The translations under genes were made by a program, and so were the position numbers. A stretch of DNA of 64,000 nt, taken from positions 40,909 to 104,908 of the IMG/VR virus record IMGVR_UViG_3300032093_000042. One strand, written 5' to 3'. Source of the DNA: a virus. Within the stretch, counting starts at the first letter, position 1, and each line of letters begins with the position of its first letter. Under the pieces are notes generated by a model. It saw only the letters and a program-made list of their open reading frames with translations, had not been told where the DNA came from and did not search any database. This document shows, piece after piece, positions 49,041 to 58,963 of this stretch.

Positions 49041-50327
49041 ATGAGTGCTAATTTGGACCAAGACAGAGTGAGGTGGCCTGGGAGTGGAAGTGCTGTTAAT
49101 AGCGGCAGTGTTCCATTCGGCTATTATCTAGACGAAACCTGTACATCAGGCGAGACTACATTTGAAAATGATTGTAGTAGCAGCGCGATGTGGGCAGCAA
49201 AACGTCTTGGATACCCGATTGTTGACATAGAAATGATTGATGTCAATTTTTATGCTTGTTTTGAAGAAGCTACGTTAGAATATAATCGTGTAATTAATGA
49301 ATTTAATATCGTAAATAACTTAGTATCATTACAAGGTTTACCACAAAGTAAGTACGATAATTTAACCGGGTTGGCAATGAAAAGTACAGGGTTGCCTTAT
49401 GTTGTACAACTAAGCAAACAATATGGCGCAGAAGCATTGGTCGGTGGAGAATATGAAGTAAAAAGAAATTATATTAGTATTACAGGCAGTAGCAATCCGG
49501 CTAATACAAATCAAGTCTATGACTTAAATGCTTTAATAGGCGAAAATATAGAACATCTTACTGGATCTAGAATAGAAGTGAAAAGAGTGTTTCATTACAG
49601 ACCACCAGCTATAGCACGTATTTATGATCCATTTAGTATGACAGGTATGAGCTACAGCAACGTACTTACCGAAATGGGATTTAGCGCATATAGTCCAGCA
49701 ACACAATTCTTAATGACTCCTATATTTGAGGATTTGGAACGTGTACAAGCAATTGAATTCAACGATATGGTTAGAAAAAGTGCTTATAGCTTTGAAATAT
49801 TAGGAAACAACAAATTAAGAATATTTCCTATACCAACCGACAGTTTTAAAATTTATATAGATTATATCGTTGAAAGTGAACGTGATATAACAAACTTTTA
49901 CAGCGGATCTCGTTACGAATATATTAGTGATCCAAGCGATGTGCCTTACGAAAATTGTACTTACTGCAAAATTAATCAGCCTGGCAAACAATGGATTAAA
50001 AAATATTTTCTAGCTTTATGTAAAGAAACACTCGGTCGTATTCTTCAAAAATATAGTACCGTTCCAATTCCGGGTGGTGAAGTTACATTAGACGGTGCCG
50101 AATTAAGATCCGAAGCTAAAGAAGAAAAAGACACTTTGCTTGAAAAATTAAGAGATATGTTGGAAAAAACCTTGAGGGTTACACAATTGGAAAACAAGGG
50201 CAAAGAAGGTGAAGAAATGCAAAAGATGTTAGCTAGAGTACCACTACACATTTATATAGGGGTTTGGGCGTTTTTATTAATATATATTAATATATGGACA
50301 AACATCAATGTGGTATCTGCGGTTTAA
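49041..50327 (+). CDS. gp13: Neck protein, gp13-like
   Basis: RLGYPIVDIE..CFEEA, WIKKY.LAL.KE.LG..KY..IPGGEVTLDG motifs; C-terminus runs past P..IYIG into the endonuclease insertion. Confidence 0.8.
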   Translation: MSANLDQDRVRWPGSGSAVNSGSVPFGYYLDETCTSGETTFENDCSSSAMWAAKRLGYPIVDIEMIDVNFYACFEEATLEYNRVINEFNIVNNLVSLQGLPQSKYDNLTGLAMKSTGLPYVVQLSKQYGAEALVGGEYEVKRNYISITGSSNPANTNQVYDLNALIGENIEHLTGSRIEVKRVFHYRPPAIARIYDPFSMTGMSYSNVLTEMGFSAYSPATQFLMTPIFEDLERVQAIEFNDMVRKSAYSFEILGNNKLRIFPIPTDSFKIYIDYIVESERDITNFYSGSRYEYISDPSDVPYENCTYCKINQPGKQWIKKYFLALCKETLGRILQKYSTVPIPGGEVTLDGAELRSEAKEEKDTLLEKLRDMLEKTLRVTQLENKGKEGEEMQKMLARVPLHIYIGVWAFLLIYINIWTNINVVSAV

Positions 50328-51188
50328 AATATAAAAGTACACGATCTTTATCAATTCATATAAAATCTTCACATAAAATATCAACTGAAGAATATTATAT
50401 AAAATATATTAATATAAATAAAAGTGAATGTAGTTATTGTAAATCTAAAACAAGATTTGTGTCTCTAGGAGATGGGTATTCAAAATACTGTGGTATTAAA
50501 TGTTCAAAAGTACATTATTATAGTGATGTAAATAATAGGATTTTTGTATCGGAGAAAACAAAGATTGCTATGAAAAATCCTATCGTTAAAGAAAAAATGT
50601 CTAAGTTTTTTTTGAAAAAAAAAATCAAAGGAAACTTTAGAAAAAATGAGCATATCCAGTAAAAAAAGATTTGAAGATGAAAATTTTAAAAAAAAGATAT
50701 ATACCAAAGAAAGAAATGAAAAAATATCAATAGCAAAAAAGAAATATTGGGATACACATCCGGAAGAGAAAAAACGTGTGGGTCAAATATGGAAAACGTT
50801 GAAAGAAGAAGACGAATCCAGGTGGAGGGAAAATTTATTAAGAGCATCTAGGTTAGGATTTAAAAAAATTTTTTCTCCATCAGGAAACACATCGTTGGAG
50901 GAAAAATTATATAAACAACTAGAGTTAGAAAATATAAAATATATACCACAATATGTTATAGATTATAAAGTATTTGACGCGTATTTACCTGATTATAATC
51001 TAGTAATTGAGGTAGATGGTATGTTTTGGCATCCAAAATCGTTGGACGAGTGTAAATATAAATTTCAAAAAACATCATATTTTAATGATTTAGAAAAAGA
51101 AAATTTATTAAAACAAAAAGATATAAAATTAATACGAATACGAGAAAATGAATTTCCAGAATCAATCATTAACGTTATAAATAAATAA
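50294..51188 (+). pseudogene. Frameshifted free-standing endonuclease (C2H2/Cys Zn fingers, NUMOD-like motif, DUF559/Vsr-like domain)
   Basis: ORF 50294-50662 (CGIC..H...H, CSYC..YC..C) and ORF 50646-51188 (TSLE, FDAYLP....IEVDG.FWH, D..K, LIRIRE) join if one base is removed from T8-G-A10 at 50606-50624. Confidence 0.75.
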
Positions 51189-51210
51189 TATTTATATATT
51201 TATATATTAT

Positions 51211-51780
51211 ATGGCAGCCCCAGTAACACCACAATATCCAAAACAAAATCCAACCTTTCCCCAATATTGGACAAATGGTAGAAAAGATATTGGTATATAT
51301 AATCCCAATTATTCGCCAGGAAGATATTTTTCTCCCAGAGACATTAATATGTTGAGTTCGGTTAATGCCGAATTGTTGGGTGATATTATTGAAAACGTAG
51401 TACAAGTGTTTAAGATCGCTACATATGAAACTGTTATCAACATATACGGCGAAAGTAGTAGTGAAAAAGGTAAAGTATTTTATCCGGGCATTAATATGAC
51501 TGCTTTAATTCAACGTGAAGATTTAAATGCAGAAAATCAACAATTTGGTCCTGACAGAAAACAGGATATTGTTTATAGATTTAGAGAACGTGATTGTATA
51601 GTTACTAACTTTTTCCCTGAAATCGGTGATTTAGTTCTTTACAATGAACGTTATTATGAAATAGATAACGTTGTACAAGAACAATTTTTAGGTGGACATC
51701 CAGATAAATCATGGAGTTTGATAGTAAATACACACTATACTAGAATAAGCAAATTGAATTTGGTAGAAAGACAAACTTAA
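51211..51780 (+). CDS. Head-closure/neck protein, gp14-like
   Basis: NIYGE, FPEIGDLV.YN..YYEI..V motifs; position between gp13-like and gp15-like genes; tandem TATTTATA boxes at 51189-51204. Confidence 0.65.
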   Translation: MAAPVTPQYPKQNPTFPQYWTNGRKDIGIYNPNYSPGRYFSPRDINMLSSVNAELLGDIIENVVQVFKIATYETVINIYGESSSEKGKVFYPGINMTALIQREDLNAENQQFGPDRKQDIVYRFRERDCIVTNFFPEIGDLVLYNERYYEIDNVVQEQFLGGHPDKSWSLIVNTHYTRISKLNLVERQT

Positions 51781-51783
51781 TTT

Positions 51784-53253
51784 ATGCCTTGGGGACCAAA
51801 TAACATTAATGACAGTAATAATTCACCAAATCCCATTGAAAATAATAAAAATCAATCGGATGTAAAAAAGAATTATAATCGTGCATATGCAGTACGACGT
51901 GATACCGATAAAGAAAAAAATGTTACAATTACGTTATTGGATATAGATACGGCTATTATTACAACATTAGAAAGTCAATTAAAATTGCAGGTAAACGATA
52001 ATGGTGAAACAATAAAAGTACCTGTAATATATGGTAATCCGGAAAGATGGGTTGCTATGAAAAAAGATGGTGGTATACGAGATAATCAAGGTAAAATTTT
52101 GTTACCAGCGATGATGATTCGTAGAAAGAGTGTTGAAAATAATAAAGAGTTAGCCACGTTTAATCGTTATTTGACGTATCAAACAATAATGAATTATTCG
52201 GAAAAAAATAAATACGACAGATTTGATCTGATGAATAAGGATCTGTTTCCGAGTAAGCCAACTAAACAAATACTTAACGTTTCTTTACCTGTACATATAA
52301 ATGTTACATATGAATGTATTATATGGACGGATTATGTTGATCAAAACAATAAATTACTGGAACAAATAAATTATGCAGCAAAAGATTATTGGGGTGATCG
52401 TGAAAGATATAAGTTCAGAGCTAGAATAGATAATTATACTATAGATCAAGAAGTTAATGACGGCGAAGATCGTAATATTAAAACTACGTTTGATTTAAAT
52501 GTAAATGCTTACCTTTTAAACGAAAATTTTACAACAAGTATGAGTGGTATCAAAAATACCACATCAAAGATTTTTACAGTAAGAAAAATAAGATTACAAG
52601 AAAATGCTGTTTCTTCTGCATCCGAAATGGATGATATTGTACATAACACGGATACTACAAATGTAAAAGATAAACCGTTTGACTATGTTGATATAACAGG
52701 TCAAGGTACAATGGAATTGCAACAAAATGATATTAAAAATAATACGGGGTATAACAAAATTGAACCCGGAAAAATTATTAAAACATTTTTTCACCCAGCT
52801 CCAAAGTCTTCAACAGATTATGGTGAAAATGGTTGGTTAGCTTATGATTCACAATACATTTATGTTTATCAATATCCATTGGGATGGTTAAAAAGAGAAA
52901 TATCAACATTTGATTATGATTATAGCAGTCAAACTTATATAAGCGGATATGACTGTAATGGCAATCCTATTTATACCACGACAAATAGAAGACCCATAAA
53001 TACCGCGTTTAGAATATTTCAAAGATTTCCAGATAAATTTTATCATCAAGTACCTTATCAATCAAGTGATTATGGTCAAGATGGATGGATAAGTTATGAC
53101 GGTAGTTATTTTTATATTTATAGTCAAGGACAATGGCGACGTGTACCAATAAATGTATTTTCTCCTGTTACGGCTGATAATACATATTTGAGACCAGACG
53201 GCATTTCTTTTTATATAAGACCAGATGGAGTATCTATTTATTTAAGACCATAA
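51784..53253 (+). CDS. Tail completion/sheath stabiliser, gp15-like, with C-terminal repeat extension
   Basis: KVPVIYG.PERW, LP.M, P....VTY....WT....Q.N..LEQI motifs; two P..S.DYG..GW..YD..Y.Y.Y modules at the C-terminus. Confidence 0.7.
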   Translation: MPWGPNNINDSNNSPNPIENNKNQSDVKKNYNRAYAVRRDTDKEKNVTITLLDIDTAIITTLESQLKLQVNDNGETIKVPVIYGNPERWVAMKKDGGIRDNQGKILLPAMMIRRKSVENNKELATFNRYLTYQTIMNYSEKNKYDRFDLMNKDLFPSKPTKQILNVSLPVHINVTYECIIWTDYVDQNNKLLEQINYAAKDYWGDRERYKFRARIDNYTIDQEVNDGEDRNIKTTFDLNVNAYLLNENFTTSMSGIKNTTSKIFTVRKIRLQENAVSSASEMDDIVHNTDTTNVKDKPFDYVDITGQGTMELQQNDIKNNTGYNKIEPGKIIKTFFHPAPKSSTDYGENGWLAYDSQYIYVYQYPLGWLKREISTFDYDYSSQTYISGYDCNGNPIYTTTNRRPINTAFRIFQRFPDKFYHQVPYQSSDYGQDGWISYDGSYFYIYSQGQWRRVPINVFSPVTADNTYLRPDGISFYIRPDGVSIYLRP

Positions 53254-53257
53254 TTAT

Positions 53258-55540
53258 ATGCCAAATTTAACAGTATCAAACGTAATTGACACATTTATGC
53301 AATCTGCTACTCAAGCAGATGCTCGTACAGCTTTAGGTATATCCAGTATAGTAGGTAGTTCCGGTTCTGCTGGATCAAGCGGCAATTCAGGTACAAATGG
53401 AAGTAGTGGAAGTTCAGGCACAACGGGTACAAGTGGTAGTTCTGGATCAAGTGGTACATCAGGTAATAGTGGTACACACGGTACAAGTGGTGAAAATGGA
53501 AGTAGTGGTACAAGTGGTACCAGCGGCGTCAGTGGTATTTCAGGCGGTGCAATTTTATATTTTAATACGTCTGTACCACAATCTCCATACAAAGAAATTT
53601 CTATAACGCCTACCGGTAACATTGAAATAACTTCTAGTATCTTTATTGCTAGTGGTAGTACGTCAATATTAGAATCATATCAAACTCCTGTTGGATATCC
53701 AAATGTAACCAGTATTCCGGCCGGTATTTGGTCAATGTTTTTACACACGTCAAAACTAAACGCTTCGTCATCATTTGAAATATCAACAGACGTTTATGCT
53801 AGATCAGGTAGTTCAGAGGTTTATTTGTTTTCTACAGATCCAGTAGATGTTACGTCGGTTTTGGTGCCTAGTATGGTTATAACCGATGTATATGAGTCGG
53901 GATATAGTCTGTCCACACAAGATAGAATTGTAGTAAAGATTATAGCTAAAAATAAAAATGTCTTTACAGACAAAATAACTTTTTATACCGAAGGACAGTT
54001 ACATTATTCATATTCACAAACTACACTCGGTTCCGTTAGTGGTACAAGTGGTAGTAGCGGTACAAGCGGCATTAATGGTAGCAGTGGTACAGGTGGTAGT
54101 AGTGGTAGTAGCGGTACAACCGGTAGTAGTGGATCATCTGGTAGTAGTGGTAGTAGCGGTACAAGTGGTACAACAGGTACAAGTGGTAGCAGCGGTACAA
54201 GTGGCAGCAGTGGTACGTCAGGTACAAGTGGCACAACCGGCAGTAGTGGTAGTAGCGGTACAACCGGCAGTAGTGGTACAAGTGGAATTAGTGGCAGTAG
54301 TGGCAGTAGTGGCAGTAGTGGCAGTAGTGGCAGTAGTGGTACCAGTGGTGTAGGAGGTAGCAGTGGTACAAGCGGCATTAGTGGTAGCAGTGGCACAAGT
54401 GGCACAGTTGGAAGTAGTGGTAGTAGCGGTACAAGTGGAAGTAGTGGCAGCAGTGGTAGCAGTGGTGTAGGAGGTAGCAGCGGTAGTAGTGGTTTAAATG
54501 GAAGTAGTGGTACAAGCGGTACTACCGGTAGCAGTGGTACAAGCGGTAGTAGCGGTAGCAGTGGCATTGGTAGTAGTGGCAGTGCTGGTTCAGCTGGTAC
54601 AGGTGGTAGTAGTGGTACCAGTTTTGGTACGAGTGGTAGTAGCGGCAGTAGTGGTACAGGAATAAGCGGATCTGCCGGATCCGCTGGTACGGGTGGTAGT
54701 AGTGGTACCAGTTTTGGTACGAGTGGTAGTAGTGGAACTGACGGCACAAGCGGTAGTAGTGGAACTACCGGTACAAGTGGAAGTAGTGGAACTACCGGTA
54801 CAAGCGGTAGTAGCGGTACAAGTGGAATTGGTGGTAGTAGTGGTACAAGTGGTAGCAGTGGAACTACCGGTACAAGTGGTAGCAGTGGAACCACCGGTAC
54901 AAGTGGTAGCAGCGGTAGTAGTGGTACAAGCGGAATTAGTGGCAGTAGTGGTACAAGCGGAATTAGTGGCAGTAGTGGCAGTAGTGGCAGTAGTGGTACC
55001 AGTGGTGTAGGAGGTAGCAGTGGTACAAGCGGCATTAGTGGTAGCAGTGGCACAAGTGGCACGGTTGGTAGTAGTGGCACAAGCGGAGTCGGCGTTCCAT
55101 CAGGCGGCACTACCAATCAAGTATTAGCAAAAGCAAGCAATGCCGATTACGATACTACATGGGTAAATCAAACCGGTGGCGGCGGCGGTAGCAGTGGTAG
55201 TAGTGGTAGTAGTGGTAGTAGTGTAAGTGTATCAGGTACTTTAAATAGAGTAATTAAATTTACAAGTTCAAGTACTATTGGGGATACGACAGCTCCATTA
55301 AGCGAATTTTCTGGAAGCATAGGTATAGGTGTTATTACGTCGTCAAATATATCTAATAAATTACACGTTTCTTCTTCAAGTAATCCGGTAAGACTGGAAG
55401 GATTGGTTTCTTCTTCAAATGATACTAGATTTATGTCTGTAAACGCAACCGGCGTTATAAGATTTAGAAATATTACTATAGGTACCGCTTCACCTACAGG
55501 CGGGTATGACGGCGATATATACTTACAATATACCCCATAA
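53258..55540 (+). CDS. Fibre-like protein with Gly-Ser/Thr triplet repeats
   Basis: Two G-X-Y tracts around a globular domain; GGTTNQVLAK.S..DYDTTW motif; C-terminal P.GG.DGDIYLQY. Confidence 0.8.
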   Translation: MPNLTVSNVIDTFMQSATQADARTALGISSIVGSSGSAGSSGNSGTNGSSGSSGTTGTSGSSGSSGTSGNSGTHGTSGENGSSGTSGTSGVSGISGGAILYFNTSVPQSPYKEISITPTGNIEITSSIFIASGSTSILESYQTPVGYPNVTSIPAGIWSMFLHTSKLNASSSFEISTDVYARSGSSEVYLFSTDPVDVTSVLVPSMVITDVYESGYSLSTQDRIVVKIIAKNKNVFTDKITFYTEGQLHYSYSQTTLGSVSGTSGSSGTSGINGSSGTGGSSGSSGTTGSSGSSGSSGSSGTSGTTGTSGSSGTSGSSGTSGTSGTTGSSGSSGTTGSSGTSGISGSSGSSGSSGSSGSSGTSGVGGSSGTSGISGSSGTSGTVGSSGSSGTSGSSGSSGSSGVGGSSGSSGLNGSSGTSGTTGSSGTSGSSGSSGIGSSGSAGSAGTGGSSGTSFGTSGSSGSSGTGISGSAGSAGTGGSSGTSFGTSGSSGTDGTSGSSGTTGTSGSSGTTGTSGSSGTSGIGGSSGTSGSSGTTGTSGSSGTTGTSGSSGSSGTSGISGSSGTSGISGSSGSSGSSGTSGVGGSSGTSGISGSSGTSGTVGSSGTSGVGVPSGGTTNQVLAKASNADYDTTWVNQTGGGGGSSGSSGSSGSSVSVSGTLNRVIKFTSSSTIGDTTAPLSEFSGSIGIGVITSSNISNKLHVSSSSNPVRLEGLVSSSNDTRFMSVNATGVIRFRNITIGTASPTGGYDGDIYLQYTP
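54041..55093 (+). repeat. Degenerate 9-bp coding repeat (GGN-AGY/ACN-AGY), about 350 aa of G-S/T-S/T
   Basis: Directly visible; a shorter tract at about 53354-53547; higher-order block duplication between about 54270-54420 and 54950-55080. Confidence 0.95.
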
Positions 55541-55598
55541 AAATAAAATAAAAATAAAAAACATATAAAATAAAGATACTTATATTATATAATATTTT

Positions 55599-58445
55599 AT
55601 GCCTACAATTGCAAGTAATACATTAAGTTTACAAACAGATATTCCTACATGGGAGTGGACACGGTTTGCGCCTGCCGTAAGTTCAGCGATCAGTTCAACT
55701 TGTGCAGCCGACAACGGTGATTTTAATCAAGCTGAATATGGTAGATACATTTACTATTTAATCAGTGCCACACAATTTTTTAGGTATGATACATGGACAG
55801 ATATGTATCAACAATTGTCGTCACCTCCGATTGCACCTGCAACATTTAGTTCAATGAAATTTTCAGGTGGGTTGGGCCCCGAAGGCATTACAATTGCAGC
55901 TACATCAAATTCTATAACAGTTGCTGCTGTAACAATGCAAAGTATGGTCGGTTATGATATTGTTATCGTATCTGGCACGGGTGCTGGTCAACGCCGTACA
56001 ATTACCGCCGTGGCGGATCCGATTGCTATTGATACCGGAGTTGTAACTGCTGTTAGCAACACCATCGGTTCGCTAAACATTACCGATAGTACTAAATCTT
56101 GGAGTGGAAATATTCATGCTAATTATTCATTGCGTATAACAGGTAACACGGGTGTTAGCCAAATTCGTCGTATATTGTCAAATACAGCGACCGTTATAAC
56201 GATGGGCGATACGACTCAGGCGAATAAATATTGGAATAATCCTGCTGTTTTTTCTCCGGCTATCGTTGCAACGGCAGGTTCTCAAGCGGTGTATGCAATT
56301 GAATCTCAAACATTAACCGTTGACAGTGCTTGGTCCGTTACACCGGACAGTACATCTGTTTATCGTATACAGTCTGGTATGGTAGGTTTAGTTAGTAGTG
56401 CAGCTGCTACACCATTTCATACCGTTCAAGCGTATGATATACTTACTGATATTTGGTACGTATTACCAGCATATACAAACATGTTTGCAGCGGTTGGTAC
56501 AGATTGTACGATTGAAAGAACAACGGAAAATTCGTCTATTTGGTATAGAGGTAAAGCTAGTTCCGGCACAACAACTACTCTTGTAGATAATACTCTAGGT
56601 GTTAGTATGGCTGCGTGGTCAACAAATCAATGGTTAAATTATTGGGTCTATATTTATTCTGGAACAGGCGAAGGACAGATTCGTCAAATTGTAAGTAATA
56701 CATCAAATACATTAACGTGGTCAAGTGCAGGTACCGCGCCCGATAGTACGAGTAGATATTTTATCATAGGATTTGACGCTGGCATAGCTACGTCAGGTGC
56801 ATCAACTTCTATCACGGACAGTACGAAATCTTGGTCCGTTAATCGTTGGACAAATTATGTAGTACGTATTATGTCCGGTACAGGCGCTGGACAAGTTCGT
56901 CCTATTGCTAGCAATACATCCACAGCAATTACAATAATTGGTTCGTGGGATACAAATCCTGACAATACATCCGTATATACAATACAAGGAGATCCCGGTA
57001 AAGTATATATACAATTAGGCGGTATAGCCGGCATGTTGATTCATAATTTAGATTCAATGGTTGAAAGTTGGGGTCGTCAACAAGATTTTGGAATAGCAAG
57101 AAATGCTTCTGCTACGGTTGCTGGTAATTTACCAATTGCTATATCAACGTTAGCTAATGCTACAACTACAGCTACCGTGACAACTGCACATCCTCATCAA
57201 TTTAGAATTGGTGATCTTGTAACTGTTAGAGGTGCAACCGACTCTAACTTCAACGTAACAAATGTTGTGATTGCTACTGTACCTACCGCAACTTCATTCA
57301 CATACACGATGGCCGGTACACCAGCGGTTACTACAATCGTTGGTTCACAAAGCACAACAACGTTAACTGACGCAACAAAGAATTGGACCACAAATCAATG
57401 GGCTGGATTTACAGTTTATTTAAATACAGCCGCTGTTACCGCTGCTTCTGGTCTATCGACTGGTCAAGGTGTACGTATAGCAAGTAATACAGCAACAACA
57501 TTAACATTTGTTGGTGTTGGTAATGCTCCTATAAACGGAGTATCTCGTTATAGTATTTGTGCGTCTTCTGCAATTGGTGCGGCAGATAGTGGTGTCGCGA
57601 CAGGAACGCAAAGCACAACAACATTACAAGATACGACAAAAGTGGGTTCATTTACTGTAAATAATACTCTAAATAGTACAACAATCACGGTTACGGCTGT
57701 TGCATCTGGTCAATTGTTTGTCGGTCACGCTGTATCGGGTACAGGTATTCCTACTGGCACAGTAATTATTTCATTTGGAACGGGTACCGGTGGTGCTGGA
57801 ACATACACTATTAGTCAAGCGTGTACAAGTACAAATACAGGTATAACTATGACTTCTGGATGGGTAGTAAACGGATATGCGGGTAAACGTGTTCGTATTC
57901 TTACTTCCGTAGGTGCTGGTCCACAAGAACTTGCAATCACTAGCAATACTAATAATACATTAACATTTTCTACTGCCACCGCGCCCACAAATGGTGTTAG
58001 TGGATATGTAATATTAGAATCTACTGTAAAAAGCACTGGTACAAGTATGAATTGGGCTTTCGGTACGAGTGATTCAAATATACGCGGTAGATATGCGTAT
58101 ATTGTTCGTGGAGGTGGTGTTATTGGATTTGATCGATGGGATTTAACCACCGATAGATTTAATTTAATGTTTACGTCACCCGCAACAGAAACATTAACGA
58201 CCGGAACTATGACAGCATACGATGGTATGGATCGTATATTCTTCCATAAGGACGCTACACAACGTGTATATTCATTGGATGTTGTAACAGGAAAAATTAA
58301 TGGTGGTGGTATGTTCCCATACGTCGCGCCGACCGCTGTACTGGGAAATCGTATGGAGATATTTACTACCAAAGATGGATTAAAGTATATGTGGTTAAAT
58401 CGTTCTTCATTTCAAGAATGTTTTAGATGTTTAATATTTTGGTAA
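55599..58445 (+). CDS. Putative receptor-binding/fibre protein: propeller-like termini with repeated inserted beta modules
   Basis: About six repeats of D.TK.W..N.W....V.I..GTG.GQ.R.I.SNT...T....PD.TS.Y.I; Kelch-like YIYYL/FFRYD and FDRWD segments. Confidence 0.65.
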   Translation: MPTIASNTLSLQTDIPTWEWTRFAPAVSSAISSTCAADNGDFNQAEYGRYIYYLISATQFFRYDTWTDMYQQLSSPPIAPATFSSMKFSGGLGPEGITIAATSNSITVAAVTMQSMVGYDIVIVSGTGAGQRRTITAVADPIAIDTGVVTAVSNTIGSLNITDSTKSWSGNIHANYSLRITGNTGVSQIRRILSNTATVITMGDTTQANKYWNNPAVFSPAIVATAGSQAVYAIESQTLTVDSAWSVTPDSTSVYRIQSGMVGLVSSAAATPFHTVQAYDILTDIWYVLPAYTNMFAAVGTDCTIERTTENSSIWYRGKASSGTTTTLVDNTLGVSMAAWSTNQWLNYWVYIYSGTGEGQIRQIVSNTSNTLTWSSAGTAPDSTSRYFIIGFDAGIATSGASTSITDSTKSWSVNRWTNYVVRIMSGTGAGQVRPIASNTSTAITIIGSWDTNPDNTSVYTIQGDPGKVYIQLGGIAGMLIHNLDSMVESWGRQQDFGIARNASATVAGNLPIAISTLANATTTATVTTAHPHQFRIGDLVTVRGATDSNFNVTNVVIATVPTATSFTYTMAGTPAVTTIVGSQSTTTLTDATKNWTTNQWAGFTVYLNTAAVTAASGLSTGQGVRIASNTATTLTFVGVGNAPINGVSRYSICASSAIGAADSGVATGTQSTTTLQDTTKVGSFTVNNTLNSTTITVTAVASGQLFVGHAVSGTGIPTGTVIISFGTGTGGAGTYTISQACTSTNTGITMTSGWVVNGYAGKRVRILTSVGAGPQELAITSNTNNTLTFSTATAPTNGVSGYVILESTVKSTGTSMNWAFGTSDSNIRGRYAYIVRGGGVIGFDRWDLTTDRFNLMFTSPATETLTTGTMTAYDGMDRIFFHKDATQRVYSLDVVTGKINGGGMFPYVAPTAVLGNRMEIFTTKDGLKYMWLNRSSFQECFRCLIFW

Positions 58446-58473
58446 AATAAAATAGAAATATATAGATTAATAA

Positions 58474-58481
58474 TATTTATA
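58474..58481 (+). promoter_or_regulatory. Putative late promoter box TATTTATA
   Basis: 4 nt upstream of ATG 58486. Confidence 0.6.
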
Positions 58482-58485
58482 TTAT

Positions 58486-58944
58486 ATGGCAGATAACGTA
58501 GGATATACACCGGGTGTAGGAGCAACAGTAGCCGCTGACGATATTGGAGGCATACTTTATCAACGCATCAAACCAACGTTTGGTGGCGACGGCGTAGCAA
58601 TCGATGTTAGTGTTGATAATCCGTATCCTGTTGTTTCCAATCGTAACGATTCACTTTTAGCGTTGATGCAACGGTTAGTAAAGGTGAATGAATCAAGTCA
58701 AGTTGTTGATTCAGCACAACGTCAACGTATCACAATTGATTCTATAACCGCTGGCGTCGCGCTTCCAACAGTTACCACAGTTACCACAGTTACCACAGTT
58801 ACCACAGTTACCACAGTCACTACAGTCACTACAGTATCATCGATTACAAATATAGCAGGTATTGGTACTGATCAAGCACAATTATTAACAAGAGGATCTA
58901 ACACATCTGCTTGGTATGATATAGTAAGAAGTAGAATAACATAA
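58486..58944 (+). CDS. Small fibre-associated protein with (TTV)n tract
   Basis: MADN..GATVAADDIGG..YQRIK N-terminus; TVTTVTTV repeat. Confidence 0.7.
   Translation: MADNVGYTPGVGATVAADDIGGILYQRIKPTFGGDGVAIDVSVDNPYPVVSNRNDSLLALMQRLVKVNESSQVVDSAQRQRITIDSITAGVALPTVTTVTTVTTVTTVTTVTTVTTVSSITNIAGIGTDQAQLLTRGSNTSAWYDIVRSRIT
58768..58836 (+). repeat. 9-bp tandem repeat ACAGTYACY, 7 copies plus partial
   Basis: Directly visible; encodes (TVT)n. Confidence 0.9.
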
Positions 58945-58963
58945 ATATTAAATTTTTTTATAC

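Noticed and set aside
54004-55116. Minus-strand Pro/Leu/Val ORF and alternative-frame Val-rich or Tyr/His/Cys ORFs
   Set aside because: Shadow frames of the GGN-AGY-ACN repeat; no independent start signals
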